From assembly GCA_021827745.1 (NCBI GenBank), contig JAKAUI010000035.1:1953-65952 (forward strand): a stretch of DNA of 64,000 nucleotides, in the 5' to 3' direction. The position numbers were made by a program, and so were the translations under genes. Positions 52,079 through 60,680 of this stretch are shown piece by piece (within the stretch, counting starts at the first letter, position 1; the number at the start of each line of letters is the position of its first letter). Source of the stretch: Bacillota bacterium (GTDB lineage: Bacteria > Bacillota > Sulfobacillia > JAJZYS01 > JAJZLH01). The notes below the pieces were generated by a model, which worked only from the letters and a program-made list of their open reading frames with translations, was not told where the DNA came from and did no database searches.

Positions 52079-52876
52079 GTGGAAAAGGCGTCCGATCTCG
52101 GCGGCAAGTGGGCGCTTGTAACCGGTGCCTCCCGCGGCATCGGGGCAGCCTGTGCCGTCTCTCTGGCCGCCCGGGGCGCCGATGTGGCCGTGCACTACCA
52201 CGAGAGTCAGGAGGCGGCCGAAGGCACGGCCGCCCAGGTGGAGGCTCTGGGCCGCAGGGCGCTTCTGCTGAAGGCCGACCTGTCGCAGCCTTCGGAGATC
52301 GCTTCTCTGCTTGAGGGCTTTCGCTCCACAAGCCGCCAGCTGGACGTGCTGGTGCTGGCCGCCGCCGCCACGGCCTTCAAGGAGGTCGAGCAGATCCGGC
52401 CCCACCATCTGGCCAAGACCTACAACCTGGTCGTGGGCGGCATGGTCCAGCTGGTGCAGGGGGCGCTGCCCATGATCGGCCCCAACGGGCGGGTGATCGC
52501 CATCAGCGGGAGCGGGACCGACTTCACCTTGCCGGGCTATGCCCTGCTTGGATCGGCCAAGGGGGCGATGGAGGTCTTCATCCGCTATCTGGCCCAGGAA
52601 TTGGGCGGGCGGCAGATCACGGCCAACTGTGTAAGTCCGGGCGTGATCGACACCGACTCGGCGCGCTTTTACGCCAAGGACGGCTACCCGCAGTTTGCGG
52701 CCCGCGTGTCGGCGGCCACGGCGGTCGGCCGGGTCGGAAGTCCTGCCGACGTAGCGGCCGCCGTCACATTTTTGGCGTCGCCGGAGGCCGGCTACATCAC
52801 CGGCCAAGTGCTGGTCGTGGACGGCGGGCTCGGCCTCAGCTCGGGGCCCTTCATGCCGCACGACGCCGCGCCTTAG
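52079..52876 (+). CDS. SDR-family oxidoreductase, FabL-like
   Basis: GTG 52079, 1 nt after the upstream stop. VTGASRGIGAA, GYALLGSAKGAMEVFIRYLAQEL, GQVLVVDGG. Confidence 0.7.
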   Translation: MEKASDLGGKWALVTGASRGIGAACAVSLAARGADVAVHYHESQEAAEGTAAQVEALGRRALLLKADLSQPSEIASLLEGFRSTSRQLDVLVLAAAATAFKEVEQIRPHHLAKTYNLVVGGMVQLVQGALPMIGPNGRVIAISGSGTDFTLPGYALLGSAKGAMEVFIRYLAQELGGRQITANCVSPGVIDTDSARFYAKDGYPQFAARVSAATAVGRVGSPADVAAAVTFLASPEAGYITGQVLVVDGGLGLSSGPFMPHDAAP

Positions 52877-52967
52877 GCGCGGGCAGCTAGGTGGGAGCGC
52901 GGGATCTAGGATCGGAGTGTCAGAGCCAAGGCGCGAGGGGGCGGTTTAGACGGCGCAGCCAAGACGG

Positions 52968-53702
52968 GTGATGATCTCGGGGTCCGGTCGAGGCATCGGC
53001 AAGGCGTGTGCCATGGCCTTTGCGAAAGAGGGAGCTAAGGTGGCGGTGATGGCTCACAGCGAGCACAGCGCCCGTGGCACCGCGGACGAGGTCCAGCGGG
53101 CCGGGGGCGACGCCACCGCCATCTGGGGGGACCTGACGGACCTCGGGGAGCCGAGCAGACAGACGGCCCAGGCACTGGCCTGGCTGGGCGGACTCGACGT
53201 CTTGGTGCACAACGCCGGATGGACCCTGACCCGTCCCTTTTTGGAGGATGGTCCCGAGTACTGGCGCCAGGTGCTCGGCCTGAACCTGGTGGTGGCGATC
53301 GCCATCACCAAGCACGCCCTGCCGGCGCTGATCGAGTCACAGGGTGTGATCGTCAGCGTCAGCTCGGACGCTGGGCGTGCCGGTATGGGCGGTGAGGCGG
53401 TCTATGCTGCGGCCAAGGGCGGCCTCACCGCCTTCACCAAGTCGATCGCCCAGGAGGTGGCCCGGCACGGGGTGCGGGCGAACGTGGTGTCGCCCGGGCT
53501 GGTGCGGACGCGGATCATTGACCTGAACCGAGAAGATCCCCGAGCGGCCAAGGTGATCGAGCGGATCGTGGCGCGCAACCCGCAGCGCCGGATGGCCGAG
53601 CCCGAAGAGGTGGCAGCGGCCGTCTTGTTCCTGGCCAGTGCTGGCGCCAGCCACATCACCGGCCAGGTGCTGTCCGTGAACGGCGGGCTGCAGATGACGT
53701 GA
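52968..53702 (+). CDS. SDR-family oxidoreductase (FabG-like)
   Basis: ISGSGRGIGKA, NAGW, YAAAKGGL, GQVLSVNGG. Confidence 0.75.
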   Translation: MMISGSGRGIGKACAMAFAKEGAKVAVMAHSEHSARGTADEVQRAGGDATAIWGDLTDLGEPSRQTAQALAWLGGLDVLVHNAGWTLTRPFLEDGPEYWRQVLGLNLVVAIAITKHALPALIESQGVIVSVSSDAGRAGMGGEAVYAAAKGGLTAFTKSIAQEVARHGVRANVVSPGLVRTRIIDLNREDPRAAKVIERIVARNPQRRMAEPEEVAAAVLFLASAGASHITGQVLSVNGGLQMT

Positions 53703-53826
53703 TCTTGTCCGATCTGGGCTCAAGCGCGACCATGACGGAGGTCTTTTAAGAACGGCCCGCCGCCTCTGGCGCCAGCGGCATGGCGCAGCAGTGTGACTGC
53801 GACGCGATCCAAAAGGGGAAGATCTG

Positions 53827-54576
53827 ATGGCCCAGAGGGCACAAGCACTGACCCCGGCCCCAAGGCGCAGGAAGTGGGAGTGGCCGTGGTGGGTGTCGCC
53901 GGCAGGCACGGTGACCGCACTGGGACTCTTCACCATCTACTCGCTGTGGGAGACCCTGACCCACAGCAGCGGCCAGTACCACAACTACCTGTCGCCTTTC
54001 TTCTCGCCGGACGTGCGCGCCATCGGCATCCAGTTTCTGCCCGCCATCTGGGTGGTCTGGGCGCCGCTTTTGTTTCGGGCGACCTGCTACTACTACCGCA
54101 AGGCCTATTACCGGTCGTTCTTCTCAGATCCGCTGGCCTGCGCCCGGCCGGAGCGGCCAGGGCGGGCCTACACCGGTGAAACCAAGCTGCCCTTTGTCTT
54201 GAGCAACCTGCACCGCTTCTTCTTCTATGTGACGGTCGTGGTGATGGCATTCCTCTGGTATGACGCCATACGGGCCTTCATCTTCCCGAACGGCTTCGGT
54301 GTTGGCGTCGGGTCGCTCCTGATGCTGTTGAATGTGATCCTGCTCTCCGTCTACACCTTCTCATGCCACGCCTTTCGCCATCTGATCGGCGGCGGGCTGG
54401 ACTGTTTCAGCTGCTCGCGCGGTCCGATCCTGCGCTACTCGCTGTGGAAGACGGTCTCCAAGTGGAATCAGGAGCATGCCACCTGGGCCTGGCTGTCCAT
54501 GTTCTCGGTGTGGGCCACCGACCTCTATATCCGACTCCTGATCAGCGGCGTTTTGCACGATGTGAGGTTGTTCTGA
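53827..54576 (+). CDS. Single membrane-anchor subunit of succinate dehydrogenase/fumarate reductase; atypical, not SdhC/D-like or B. subtilis b558-like
   Basis: 249 aa, about 5-6 TM segments. Ends 1 nt before sdhA. Cys/His motif SCHAFRHLIGGGLDCFSCS. Confidence 0.6.
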   Translation: MAQRAQALTPAPRRRKWEWPWWVSPAGTVTALGLFTIYSLWETLTHSSGQYHNYLSPFFSPDVRAIGIQFLPAIWVVWAPLLFRATCYYYRKAYYRSFFSDPLACARPERPGRAYTGETKLPFVLSNLHRFFFYVTVVVMAFLWYDAIRAFIFPNGFGVGVGSLLMLLNVILLSVYTFSCHAFRHLIGGGLDCFSCSRGPILRYSLWKTVSKWNQEHATWAWLSMFSVWATDLYIRLLISGVLHDVRLF

Positions 54577-54577
54577 G

Positions 54578-56347
54578 ATGGCAGACGGCATGATTGAGCG
54601 GCTGAGCTACGACGTGGTGATCCTGGGGGCCGGCGGCGCCGGCCTGAGGGCGGCGATCGAGGCGGCCAGGCCCGGGGTGAAGGTGGCGGTGTTGTCCAAG
54701 TCGCTTCTGGGCAAGGCCCATACGGTCATGGCCGAAGGCGGCATGGCGGTCTCGTTCGGCAATGTCGACGCCCAGGACTGCTGGCAGACGCACTTTTACG
54801 ACACGATGCGCGGCGGCAAGTTCCTGAACCACTGGCGGATGGCCGAGATTTTCGCCAAAGAGGCCCCGGATCGGGTGGTAGAGCTCGAGCAGTGGGGGGC
54901 GGTCTTTGACCGCACGCCGGAGGGCAAGATCAGCCAGCGGGCCTTTGGCGCCCACAGCTTTCGCCGCCTGGCCCACGTCGGCGACCGCACCGGGCTGGAG
55001 CTGATCCGCACCCTGGAGTACAAGGGCATCCACAGCGGCTTTGACGTCTTCCAGGAGGTCACGGCCACCCACCTGTTCCAAGACGATGCCGGACGTCCGA
55101 CCGGCGTCTTCGCCTACCACCGCCAGTCGGGCGCCTTCTGCGTCTTTGAGGCCAAGGCCGTGGTGATCGCCACCGGCGGCTGGGGCCGCATGTACAAGGT
55201 GACGTCCAATTCGTGGGAGTCGACCGGCGAGGGCGCCGCCCTGGCCATGCGGGCCGGCGCCGAGATGAAGGACATGGAGATGGTCCAGTTTCACCCGACG
55301 GGCATGGTGTGGCCGCCCGGCGTGCGCGGCCTGCTCGTGACCGAGGGCGTGCGCGGCGAGGGCGGCATTTTGCTCAACTCCGAAGGCGAGCGGTTCATGC
55401 TGCGCTACGATCCCGAAAAGAAGGACCTCTCCAGCCGCGACATCGTGGCCCGCTCTATCTACAAGGAGGTGCAGGCCGGCCGCGGCTCGCCGCACGGCGG
55501 CGCCTTTCTGGACATCACGCACCGCGGTGCCGACTTCATCAGGCGCAAGCTGCCGAACATGTACGACCAGTACCTCAGCCTGGCCGACATCGACATCACC
55601 AAGCAGCCGTTCGAGGTGGCCCCCACCATTCACTACACCATGGGCGGCATCTCGGTCGATCCGGAGACCGCCGCCACCAATCTCGAGGGCCTGTTCGCCG
55701 CAGGCGAGTCGGCCTGTGGCCTGCACGGAGCGAACCGACTGGGCGGGAATTCCCTGACCGACCTTCTGGTCTTTGGCCGCAGAGCTGGGATCGCGGCCCG
55801 CGACTACGCCGCTGGCCGCACCAAGGCGAGTGCGCCCAGCGACTCGGCTGTGGCCGATGCCGAGGCACGAGCCCTTGCCCCGCTCGGCAAGACGGGGGGC
55901 GAGAGCCCCTACCAGCTGCACCGGGAGCTGCAAGAGGTGATGGGCGAGCACGCCGCCATCTCGCGCAGCCGTGAGCTGGGCGAGGCCGGTCTCGGCAAGC
56001 TGGAGGAGATCAAGGAGCGCACAAAGCGCCTGAGTGCGCCTGGCTCGCGCATGTACAACCCCGGCTGGCACGCCACGTTCGAGCTTCAGGCCATGGTGCT
56101 CTTGGCGGAGGCCATCCTGCAGGGCTCCCTGTGGCGGGAGGAGAGCCGCGGGGCGCACTGGCGGCTCGACTTTCCGGATGCGGACGACCAGGGATTCGGG
56201 AAGCTGAACTCAATCTGCCGGCAGGACGGCACAAAGATCACTCTCAGCACCCAACCGGTGCCGGAGATGCCAGAGGAGCTGGCGGCGCTGTTCAGTTCCG
56301 GCCACATGCCGGTGCGAGAGGGAACCGATCAGGGAGGGCACAGCTGA
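54578..56347 (+). CDS. sdhA: Succinate dehydrogenase/fumarate reductase flavoprotein subunit
   Basis: VVILGAGGAGLRAA, HTVMAEGG (FAD-linking His), HPTG, RLGGNSL. Confidence 0.9.
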   Translation: MADGMIERLSYDVVILGAGGAGLRAAIEAARPGVKVAVLSKSLLGKAHTVMAEGGMAVSFGNVDAQDCWQTHFYDTMRGGKFLNHWRMAEIFAKEAPDRVVELEQWGAVFDRTPEGKISQRAFGAHSFRRLAHVGDRTGLELIRTLEYKGIHSGFDVFQEVTATHLFQDDAGRPTGVFAYHRQSGAFCVFEAKAVVIATGGWGRMYKVTSNSWESTGEGAALAMRAGAEMKDMEMVQFHPTGMVWPPGVRGLLVTEGVRGEGGILLNSEGERFMLRYDPEKKDLSSRDIVARSIYKEVQAGRGSPHGGAFLDITHRGADFIRRKLPNMYDQYLSLADIDITKQPFEVAPTIHYTMGGISVDPETAATNLEGLFAAGESACGLHGANRLGGNSLTDLLVFGRRAGIAARDYAAGRTKASAPSDSAVADAEARALAPLGKTGGESPYQLHRELQEVMGEHAAISRSRELGEAGLGKLEEIKERTKRLSAPGSRMYNPGWHATFELQAMVLLAEAILQGSLWREESRGAHWRLDFPDADDQGFGKLNSICRQDGTKITLSTQPVPEMPEELAALFSSGHMPVREGTDQGGHS

Positions 56348-57075
56348 TGGCTGAGATGAAAACCCTGCACGTGTTCCGGGGCGATCAGTCCGGCGGCGAG
56401 GAAGTCGCCTACGAGATCCCGGTGGAGGCCGGCATGGTGGTGCTCGATGCCGTGCACCAGATCCAGGCCACCCAGGCTCCCGACCTGGCGGTGCGCTGGA
56501 ACTGCAAGGCGGCCCGCTGCGGGTCCTGCTCGGCAGAGGTCAACGGCAAGCCGAGCCTGATGTGCAAGACCCGGGTGGACGCCATCGAAGGCGAGATCCA
56601 TGTCCGCCCGATGAAGGCCTTTCCGCTGATCCGCGACCTGGTGACCGACGTGTCCTGGAACTACGAGAAGGCGAAGCAGATCGAGCCCTTCGCGCCGAAA
56701 GAGCCGGCCCCGTTCACCATGTACCAGCGCGATGTGGAGCGCAGCCAGCAGTTTCGCAAGTGCATCGAGTGCTTTCTCTGCCAGGACGTCTGCCATGTGC
56801 TGCGCGAGCACTCGGCCAAAGAGCAGTACTTCGGACCGCGCTTCATGATCAAGATCGCCGAGCTGGAGATGCACCCGATGGACGGCGCAGACCGACTGCA
56901 CTTCACCTCCCATCAGGCTGGAGTCGGCATGTGCAACATCACCAAGTGCTGCCAAGAGGTCTGCCCAGAGCACATCCACCTCACCGACGACGCCATCATT
57001 CCGCTCAAGGAGCGGGTGGCCGACCGGGAGTGGGATCCGATCCGGGCGCTCTTTCACAAGACGGCGGCGCGCTGA
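56347..57075 (+). CDS. sdhB: Succinate dehydrogenase/fumarate reductase iron-sulfur subunit
   Basis: ORF 56131.. trimmed to ATG 56347 (TGATG overlap). CKAARCGSCSAEVNGKPSLMC, CIECFLCQDVC, CNITKCCQEVCP. Confidence 0.9.
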   Translation: MAEMKTLHVFRGDQSGGEEVAYEIPVEAGMVVLDAVHQIQATQAPDLAVRWNCKAARCGSCSAEVNGKPSLMCKTRVDAIEGEIHVRPMKAFPLIRDLVTDVSWNYEKAKQIEPFAPKEPAPFTMYQRDVERSQQFRKCIECFLCQDVCHVLREHSAKEQYFGPRFMIKIAELEMHPMDGADRLHFTSHQAGVGMCNITKCCQEVCPEHIHLTDDAIIPLKERVADREWDPIRALFHKTAAR

Positions 57076-57167
57076 CAAAGGCGCCCCACGGGTGCTTGCC
57101 GTCGCCTTTCGCCTGGGCCGAGGCGGCAGCGTTGACGGTGCCCTGGGTCGGTGTCAGACTGGGCATA

Positions 57168-57183
57168 CCAAACGTTCGTTTGG
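57168..57183. promoter_or_regulatory. Candidate PaaR operator
   Basis: CCAAACG-TT-CGTTTGG, a perfect 7-bp inverted repeat that overlaps the GGGAGG RBS of the TetR gene. A possible -35 TTGACG lies at 57132-37. Confidence 0.6.
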
Positions 57184-57191
57184 GAGGCGCC

Positions 57192-57773
57192 ATGGGACGC
57201 AGACATGAGATCGTAGAGGCGGCACAGACCCTATTTGCCGAACGCGGCTACCATCACACCTCGATGCAGGACCTGGGCGATGCCCTGGGCATGCAGCGGG
57301 GAAGCCTCTATGCCCACATCGGAAGCAAGGACGAGCTCTTGGTCGAGATCGTCAGGCAGGCTGCCCGGCAGTTCGTGCTCGGCATGGAGCAGATCGTGGC
57401 CGAGCGGGCGGCGGCGCCGCTACGGCTTCGGGCCGCACTGCGCCACCACGTCCGGGTCGTCACAGACAACCTGCAGGCGTCCTCGGTGTTCTTGTTCGAG
57501 TGGCGCCATCTGCCCCCCGACGCCCGGCTGGAGGTTCAAGAGCAGCGCGACCACTATGAGGCGCTCTGGCGGCGGCTTCTGACCGAGGGAGGGGCCGAGG
57601 GCGCCTGGAGCGTTCCAGACCCGGCCCTGACCGCCACCTTTCTCTTGTCGATCGGAAACTGGGTCGGCCAGTGGTATCGGCCCAACGGGCGGCTGAGCGC
57701 CGAGCAGGTGGCTGACCAGATCTACCTGATGGCGACCGATGGCATCACGAGGCACCAGGAGGTGGCGAGATGA
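57192..57773 (+). CDS. paaR: TetR-family regulator (PaaR-like by context)
   Basis: EIVEAAQTLFAERGYHHTSMQDLGDALGMQRGSLYAHIGSKDELL. ATGA overlap with paaA. Confidence 0.75.
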   Translation: MGRRHEIVEAAQTLFAERGYHHTSMQDLGDALGMQRGSLYAHIGSKDELLVEIVRQAARQFVLGMEQIVAERAAAPLRLRAALRHHVRVVTDNLQASSVFLFEWRHLPPDARLEVQEQRDHYEALWRRLLTEGGAEGAWSVPDPALTATFLLSIGNWVGQWYRPNGRLSAEQVADQIYLMATDGITRHQEVAR

Positions 57774-58702
57774 CGGACGAGCAGCGGCTTCAGGCCTTTG
57801 AGGCCAGAATCGCCAGCGGCGAGAAGATCGAGTCCGACGACTGGATGCCGGACCTCTACCGCAAGCAGGCCCTGCGCCTGATCCTGACCCACGCCAACTC
57901 CGAGCTGATGGGCGCCCTGCCGGAGCGCGAGTGGATCCCCCGTGCGCCAGGCATGCACCGCAAGCTGGCGGTGCTGGCCAAGGTGCAGGACGAGATCGGC
58001 CACGCCCAGCTCATCTACCGGGTGGCAGAGGATCTGGCCAGGCCGCTCGGTTTGACCCGGGACGACTTCATGAAAGACCTGATCGCCGGCCGGGCCAAGT
58101 TCCACAACGTCTTCTCGTACCCGGCACCCACCTGGGCCGACGTCGGCGTCATCGCCTGGCTGGTGGACGGCGCCGCCCTGGTCACCCAGGGCGCCCTGCT
58201 CCGGACCAGCTACGGTCCCTATGGCCGCATCCTGCGCCGGATCTGCGCTGAGGAGGCGATCCACCTCAAGCACGGGGAGGACATCGTGCTCACCTTGGCC
58301 GGCGGCACCAAGGCTCAGCGTCAGATGCTGCAAGACGCCCTGAGCCGGTGGTGGGAGCCATTGCTGCACTTCTTCGGCCCGCCGGATGAGGTGTCCCCGA
58401 ACACAGAGCAGATGGTGCGCTGGGGCATCCGCCTGAAGTCCAATGAGGCCATGCGCCAGGAGTTCTTGCAGAACTATGCGCCGAAGATTCTGGAGATCGG
58501 CCTCCTGGTGCCCGACCCGGCGCTTGAGAAGGATCCGGAGAGCGGAGTCTGGCACTACACACAGCCAGACTGGGACGTGTTCTGGAAGGTGGTCCGCGGC
58601 GAGGGCCCCAAGACCAAGGAGCGGCTTTCGCTGCGCCGCCTGGCTTATGAGGACCAGGCCTGGATCAGGCAGGCGGTGCAGGGGGCGCACCATGTTGCCT
58701 GA
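57770..58702 (+). CDS. paaA: 1,2-phenylacetyl-CoA epoxidase, catalytic subunit A
   Basis: Di-iron motifs HANSELMGA, QDEIGHAQL, CAEEAIHLKHG. Confidence 0.85.
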   Translation: MTDEQRLQAFEARIASGEKIESDDWMPDLYRKQALRLILTHANSELMGALPEREWIPRAPGMHRKLAVLAKVQDEIGHAQLIYRVAEDLARPLGLTRDDFMKDLIAGRAKFHNVFSYPAPTWADVGVIAWLVDGAALVTQGALLRTSYGPYGRILRRICAEEAIHLKHGEDIVLTLAGGTKAQRQMLQDALSRWWEPLLHFFGPPDEVSPNTEQMVRWGIRLKSNEAMRQEFLQNYAPKILEIGLLVPDPALEKDPESGVWHYTQPDWDVFWKVVRGEGPKTKERLSLRRLAYEDQAWIRQAVQGAHHVA

Positions 58703-59000
58703 GACCGCGCCGGACGAGACCTTCTATGAGGTGTTCGGGCAGACCGACCGCGGTGAGCCCTACGTGCAGCTGGGATCTCTGCCGGCGGCCGATCCGGAGA
58801 TGGCCCTCGTGCTCGCCCGCGAGCTGTTCTCCAGGCGCGGCGAGGTGATCAGCCTGTGGCTGGTGGACCGAGAGGCGATCCATGCCACAGAGCGCCTGGA
58901 CGGCGACCTGATTCGGGCCACGGATCGCACCTACCGAATGGGAGAGGGCTACCGGGTGACGGTGGAAAAGCGAAGGCAGCTGCGCCGGGTGACATCGTGA
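58692..59000 (+). CDS. paaB: 1,2-phenylacetyl-CoA epoxidase subunit B
   Basis: ORF 58443.. trimmed to ATG 58692. FYEVFGQTDRGEPYVQLGSLPAADPEMALVLARELFSRRGEVISLWLV. Confidence 0.8.
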   Translation: MLPETAPDETFYEVFGQTDRGEPYVQLGSLPAADPEMALVLARELFSRRGEVISLWLVDREAIHATERLDGDLIRATDRTYRMGEGYRVTVEKRRQLRRVTS

Positions 59001-59767
59001 GTGCCAGGCAGCCGCTCGACCAGGCGCTGAACGAGGCTCTTTTGGCCGTTGCCGACGACGAGCTGGTCTGCGGGCACCGCGATTCCGAGTGGTGCGCCTT
59101 CGCCCCTATGATCGAGGAGGACGTCGCCTTCGCCTCGATCGCCCAGGACGAGATGGGGCACGCCCGGCTGCTCTACCGCCTCTTGGAGCAGCGCGGCCAG
59201 GGGAGCCTGGACCAGATGGCGTTTTCGCGGCCGCTTGTAGGCTACAAGAACGCGCAGATTCTGGAGCGCCAAAACGCCGGGTGGGCCCAGGCAATCGCCC
59301 GCCATCTCGTCTATGACCTCTACGACGACCTGCTGACCGGTCTGTACCTTGAGGCCTGCACCGTCGGCGAGGTGGCGGACATCGCCCGCCTGGTTCGGCG
59401 GGAGGAGCGCTATCACCTGGAGCACCAAAAGACCTGGATCCGGCACCTGGGCCAGGGCGGCGCTGAGGCCAGGGCGCGGATGAACGGGGCCTTGGGCGAC
59501 GTGCTGGCCGAATCGGGCGGCCTGTTCGAGGACCTGCCAGCCCACCGTGCTCTCAAAGAGGCGGGCGTGCTGCCGGGGTTGCCGTCCGAGTTGCAGCCCG
59601 AGTTCTCGCAGCGTCTGGCCGCCCTCTGTCTGACTGCTGGCCTCGATCGACCGGCTGCCCCCAGCGGGGGTCTAGGCGGACGACTGGGCCGGCACACAGC
59701 CGACATGGAGGAGTGCCTCGCCACCATGGCCGAGGTGATCAGTGAGGCCCCAAACGCCAGCTGGTGA
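58997..59767 (+). CDS. paaC: 1,2-phenylacetyl-CoA epoxidase subunit C
   Basis: GTG 58997 (GTGA overlap). LAVADDELVCGHRDSEW, IAQDEMGHARLLY, EERYHLEH. Confidence 0.8.
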   Translation: MSARQPLDQALNEALLAVADDELVCGHRDSEWCAFAPMIEEDVAFASIAQDEMGHARLLYRLLEQRGQGSLDQMAFSRPLVGYKNAQILERQNAGWAQAIARHLVYDLYDDLLTGLYLEACTVGEVADIARLVRREERYHLEHQKTWIRHLGQGGAEARARMNGALGDVLAESGGLFEDLPAHRALKEAGVLPGLPSELQPEFSQRLAALCLTAGLDRPAAPSGGLGGRLGRHTADMEECLATMAEVISEAPNASW

Positions 59768-59778
59768 GGAGGTCAGAG

Positions 59779-60246
59779 ATGACCGAGGCTGAAGTGATGG
59801 CGGTTTTGGCCACCGTCAACGATCCGGAGATCCCGGTGCTTTCGATCGTCGAGCTGGGCATCGTCGAGCAGGTGCGCTGCCGCACGGACGGCGTCGACGT
59901 CTTCTTGCTGCCCACCTTTGCCGGCTGCCCGGCCCTGGAGCTGATCCGGCGGGCGGTCGTATCCGCTCTGCAGGCAGCCGGCGCCCCCCAGGTCGCGGTC
60001 ACCTTTCTCACCGCACCGGCCTGGACCACCGATCGGATCACGCAACAGGGGCTCGACGCCCTCAGCTCCTTTGGCATCGCCGCCCCAGGGGACGCGGCTC
60101 CGGCCTGCCCGTACTGCCAGTCCACCCAGACCCGCAGGGAGAGTGCCTTCGGGCCGACGCTCTGCCGTCAGGTCTACTACTGCGACAGCTGTCACCAGCC
60201 GTTTGAGCGCATGAAGCCCTTGACCATGGCGGTCAAGGTACGATGA
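59779..60246 (+). CDS. paaD: Phenylacetate-CoA oxygenase subunit PaaD (DUF59/MIP18 domain plus C-terminal Cys cluster)
   Basis: ATG 59779 follows GAGGAGG. VNDPEIPVLSIVELGIV, CPYC...YYCDSC. Confidence 0.8.
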   Translation: MTEAEVMAVLATVNDPEIPVLSIVELGIVEQVRCRTDGVDVFLLPTFAGCPALELIRRAVVSALQAAGAPQVAVTFLTAPAWTTDRITQQGLDALSSFGIAAPGDAAPACPYCQSTQTRRESAFGPTLCRQVYYCDSCHQPFERMKPLTMAVKVR

Positions 60247-60647
60247 GGGCATTTTTCGGCGGGGAGGAGGCCGAGCTGGAATTCACGGTGGAGCCGGGCA
60301 TGGAGGCCGCCTTCGGCGGTGAGACGGTTCACCCCGTGCTCTCCACCTGGGCGCTCGTCCACCATCTGGAGTGGGTGTCCCGCCGTCTATTGCTGACCCA
60401 TCTCGAGCCAAACGAATCTGGTGCCGGGGCTGGCGTGAATGTCCGCCATCTGGCCCCGGCGCCGGTCGGGAGCGCCGTCCGGGTCCGGGCCGTTGCCCGG
60501 CCCAGTCGGCCCGGTCTCCTGGCCACCGACGTGGCCGCCGTGAGCGGCGGTCGTCTGGTTGCCACGGGAGAGGTGTTTCAGGCCATCTGGCCGGCCGATG
60601 AGCTCAGGCGCCGGATGAAGGAGCCTCCGGTCGCGTCGCAGTCCTGA
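60243..60647 (+). CDS. Hotdog-fold thioesterase (FlK-like rather than PaaI-like)
   Basis: ATGA overlap with paaD. LEFTVEPGMEAAFGGETVHPVLSTWALVHHLEWVSRRLL...GAGVNVRHLAPAPVGSAVRVRAV. Confidence 0.6.
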   Translation: MRAFFGGEEAELEFTVEPGMEAAFGGETVHPVLSTWALVHHLEWVSRRLLLTHLEPNESGAGAGVNVRHLAPAPVGSAVRVRAVARPSRPGLLATDVAAVSGGRLVATGEVFQAIWPADELRRRMKEPPVASQS

Positions 60648-60680
60648 CCGAGTGCGCTGTCATGATCCGCATCGGCCCGG

